Positions 61,106 through 64,000 of a stretch of DNA of 64,000 bases are shown in pieces. The notes below the pieces were generated by a model. That model did no database searches and was not told the DNA's origin. It saw only the letters and a list, made by a program, of their open reading frames with translations. The stretch is from an uncultured cyanobacterium (lineage in GTDB: Bacteria; Cyanobacteriota; Cyanobacteriia; Cyanobacteriales; Nostocaceae). Each line of letters opens with the position of its first letter. The stretch's first letter is position 1. The DNA is taken from contig CAVUDP010000002.1 of the NCBI GenBank assembly GCA_963740315.1, forward strand, positions 3,584,001 through 3,648,000, read 5' to 3'. A program made the translations under genes and the position numbers.

Positions 61106-61972
61106 ATGGAACTACGACACCTACGTTATTTTGTCACTTTGGCTGAGGAATTACATTTTGGAAGAGCAGCAGAAAAACTACATATTGCTCAACCTCCGCT
61201 GAGTCAACAAATCCGTCAGTTGGAAACAGAATTGGGTTTTGAATTATTCCACCGTACTAAACGCAAGGTGGAATTGAGTGAAGCGGGAAAGGTTTTTCTT
61301 GTTGAAGTACAGCAAATTTTTCGACAACTTGAACAAGCTATCTTTTTAGGAAGACGAGTTAGTCGGGGAGAAATCGGACAGTTGGTTATCGGTTTTGTAA
61401 GTTCGGCAGCTTATAATATTTTGCCCGATTTCTTATTACATTTTCGGAATAACAATCCCAGCATAAATTTAGAATTGCGCGAATTAACTACAGACGAACA
61501 ATTACGTTGGTTGCAATCGGGAAGAATTGATGTTGGTTTTGTACGTCCGCCTGTAGATGAAAATACTTATGAATCAAAGATAGTTTTCAAGGAATCACTA
61601 ATAGTAGCATTACCTGAAAATCATTTTTTAGCGAATCAAGATAAAGTCTGTTTGCAATCTTTGAAAAATGAATCTTTTATATTATTTCCTCGTTTTTTAG
61701 CACCAGGACTTTACGATTTAATTATTAGCTTTTGTCAGCAGTTTGGTTTTAGTCCTCGGTTGGCTCAAGAAGCAATTCAAATGCAGACTATAGTTAGTTT
61801 AGTTGCTGCTGAAATTGGCGTTGCAATCGTTCCAGAATCATTACAAAATTTACGAAGAACGGGAGTAGTTTATAAATCTTTTGTTGAAGAAACACCGCAA
61901 GTTAGTATTGCGATGATTTGGCGGAAAAATGATGTTTCAGTGGTTATGGATAGGTTTTTGGAGGTATTTTAA
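61106..61972 (+). CDS. LysR-family transcriptional regulator
   Basis: MELRHLRYF..HFGRAAEKLHIAQPPLSQQI HTH. Confidence 0.95.
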   Translation: MELRHLRYFVTLAEELHFGRAAEKLHIAQPPLSQQIRQLETELGFELFHRTKRKVELSEAGKVFLVEVQQIFRQLEQAIFLGRRVSRGEIGQLVIGFVSSAAYNILPDFLLHFRNNNPSINLELRELTTDEQLRWLQSGRIDVGFVRPPVDENTYESKIVFKESLIVALPENHFLANQDKVCLQSLKNESFILFPRFLAPGLYDLIISFCQQFGFSPRLAQEAIQMQTIVSLVAAEIGVAIVPESLQNLRRTGVVYKSFVEETPQVSIAMIWRKNDVSVVMDRFLEVF

Positions 61973-62013
61973 GATATTGCTTTTATATACCTCCACTTAT
62001 CTCAATAATTTCT

Positions 62014-62526
62014 TTAAGACTCAGGTTTTCCTAGAAAGTCGATTTTACCTAGCTCTACTCCGCAATGTCTGAGAATGTCATAAGCAGTTGTGACATGGAA
62101 ATAGACATTAGGCAGAACAAAGTAAAGCAGATAAGGCATTCCCTTAAACGTCATAGTTTCTTTACCAACTGGAAGGGAAATCGATTTTTCTTCCGAGCCA
62201 TCAATGAGATTGGGTGTCAAAGTTTCTAAGTAAGAAGTGGTTTTTTGAAGACGAGCGATTAGTTCGGGAAAAGTTGTTTCATTATCTTCAATATTCGGTG
62301 CTTCAGATTCCGCTAATCTTGCTGCACCTCTTCTAGCAACATCTGAGGCAATTTGAACTTGCCGTGCTAAAGGGAACATATCTGGATACAAACGGCTATC
62401 AATTAGTACAGAAGGATCGATTTTTTTGGCTTCAGCATGAGCAGCACCTTTTTCAAGAATCGCTGCAAGGTTATTCAGCGAGCGAACAAGCGGAGGTACA
62501 CAAGCTTGATACATGGAAATCGTCAT
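62014..62526 (-). CDS. DUF1993 family protein
   Basis: RLYPDMFPL, PNVYFHVTTAY and GKIDF motifs. Confidence 0.88.
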   Translation of the reverse strand: MTISMYQACVPPLVRSLNNLAAILEKGAAHAEAKKIDPSVLIDSRLYPDMFPLARQVQIASDVARRGAARLAESEAPNIEDNETTFPELIARLQKTTSYLETLTPNLIDGSEEKSISLPVGKETMTFKGMPYLLYFVLPNVYFHVTTAYDILRHCGVELGKIDFLGKPES

Positions 62527-62574
62527 GAGTTTTATCCTGGTAATTGGAAACTATCAACTAACTACTAACTACTA

Positions 62575-64000
62575 TCAACTTACAACAGTTCCCCGAGTCA
62601 CACCCAATTGACTTTGTAAATTTAATTCTCGCCACAATTGATAACCTTTAATTTCACCGTTAATTAACTGTTGATATCTATATATAGTTTGCTCGACTTC
62701 TTCGGGACTTTCGTTAACAAATTCAATCCGAAAGTGTTGCAAACCCAATTCTAAAAGTTTGTGTACGTACTCCGCACCAGTTTGAGCGGTACCGTTAAAT
62801 ACCGTATTGCGACAACCAGCGTCAGCTTGTAAAACGTGTTCCGTTCCGACTCTATCCTTAATTTTTACCTCATATTCTTCACAAGGTCTTCCACAATTGC
62901 GGAAGTCGGTACCTTCGGAAAGAAAAGCACAAAAAACGCAATGTTCCATGTGAAACATCGGCATATGTTGATGTATTGTTACTTCATACCAATCGGGAGG
63001 AGAGGTTTTTAATAAGTCTTGGAGTTGATGAATATTTAAATCGTAAGAAGCGGTAAGACGTTCTAAATTAAACTTGTTTTTGAAATAGTCTGCTGTTAAA
63101 CCATTAGCGACATTCAGCGAAAAATCTCCAATACATTTTTGATCGGCAAAGTACTTTAAATGGTCATAATTACGAATCAAATAACCATCAGCATTAGAAG
63201 CAATTACCTGTTGTAAAATCCAATTTTCAGAAGGTTTCGTAATTCTTGGTGCTGCTACCCAAATTTGAGGATAGTGAAAATCACCTTTAACCTTTGACAT
63301 GCAGACCTTTGACCTTTTTAACAGCTTCTTTATACTTTCTGGAGTCTTCAAATTCGCAATATATAGTTGTGATTCCGGTTTTAATTGCTGCTTCTAACTG
63401 ATTTAAATTTATAACTAAAACGATTAAATTTGCAGAACTACTCTCAACAAACTCTTTATTTTCTTCCTCTGCGTACTCTGCGCCTCTGCGGTTTTTTAAT
63501 CCATAATCTTGAAAACCAACAGAAGAAATAAGTAAATCTTTGAAAGAAGCGTTTTCATTAACTACCCATCTTTTAGGCTGACTTCTCAATTCTTCCAACT
63601 TAACTACAATTTCCCGACGCATTTTATTTAATTCACTCACCGGCAACATCAATTCACCATTAATGCAATTAGTCAATTCTTTTAAAGAAAAAGGAGTATT
63701 ACCCAAACGTCCGAATTGTTCTTGCAAACGTTCTGTAGTTAAAGGTTTATTATGGGCTTCTACTAATTTAATTGTGGATTCAACCTTTACTAAATGACCG
63801 ATTTCATCGCGAGCGATCGCCACTAAATTTTGTCCAACTTCCCCATGCACTTCTACATCAATCGGACGTTGAAACTTCGGATTCTCTCCCGCAAAACTTT
63901 GTCTTAACTGCTTATCAAGTTCTGGATCTGAAGTTTTCCATAATTTATCACCAACATGAATCCGTTTTGAATTTAAATTACCTTTGCCAAAAGTAAGTAC
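62575..64000 (-). pseudogene. Peptidase U32-family (RlhA-like, DUF3656) gene, 3' part, frameshifted at ~63287
   Basis: Frame open from the window end to TAA at 63287 (..GRLGNTPF..YCEFED..); continues in another frame PQIWVAAPRI..HMEHCVFC..CGRPC..GCRNTVFN. Confidence 0.8.

Noticed and set aside
1..64000. HIP1 (GCGATCGC) over-representation as a novelty
   Set aside because: Well-known genome-wide feature of cyanobacteria; used only as a taxonomic clue

Overview
Chromosomal window of an AT-rich filamentous cyanobacterium, probably heterocyst-forming (Nostocales). This is inferred from frequent HIP1 sites (GCGATCGC), many 7-nt STRR tandem repeats, ndhM, ntcB-cnaT and an Npun_R1517-like gene. Most of the ~50 CDS are housekeeping or conserved cyanobacterial genes (def, recJ, ctpB, ycf29/rre1, ndhM, panD, ppa, aspA, pgsA, gmd, fcl, crp, cobT). 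I saw no rRNA, tRNA or CRISPR array. The most interesting candidate system is at 17.9-24.6 kb: a membrane PP2C phosphatase, a HetF-like CHAT protease fused to an FHA domain with its His/Cys dyad intact, a 216-aa protein that I align from memory to the core of PatU3 (the HetF substrate), and a convergent FHA-PrsW intramembrane protease. Together these suggest a phosphothreonine-gated proteolytic module paralogous to HetF/PatU3. Other highlights: a KaiC-like ATPase / atypical receiver / pseudo-receiver kinase operon without kaiA or kaiB; a ~120-nt structured RNA candidate with a terminator; a canonical NtcA promoter before ntcB; a decayed IS5 splitting a GNAT gene; a U32-family gene frameshifted by exactly one heptamer repeat unit; an 18-nt tandem array amplified from half of a REP palindrome; and nested small repeats that often supply stop codons or in-frame inserts. 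All family calls are by eye from motifs and recalled sequences; no database search was run.
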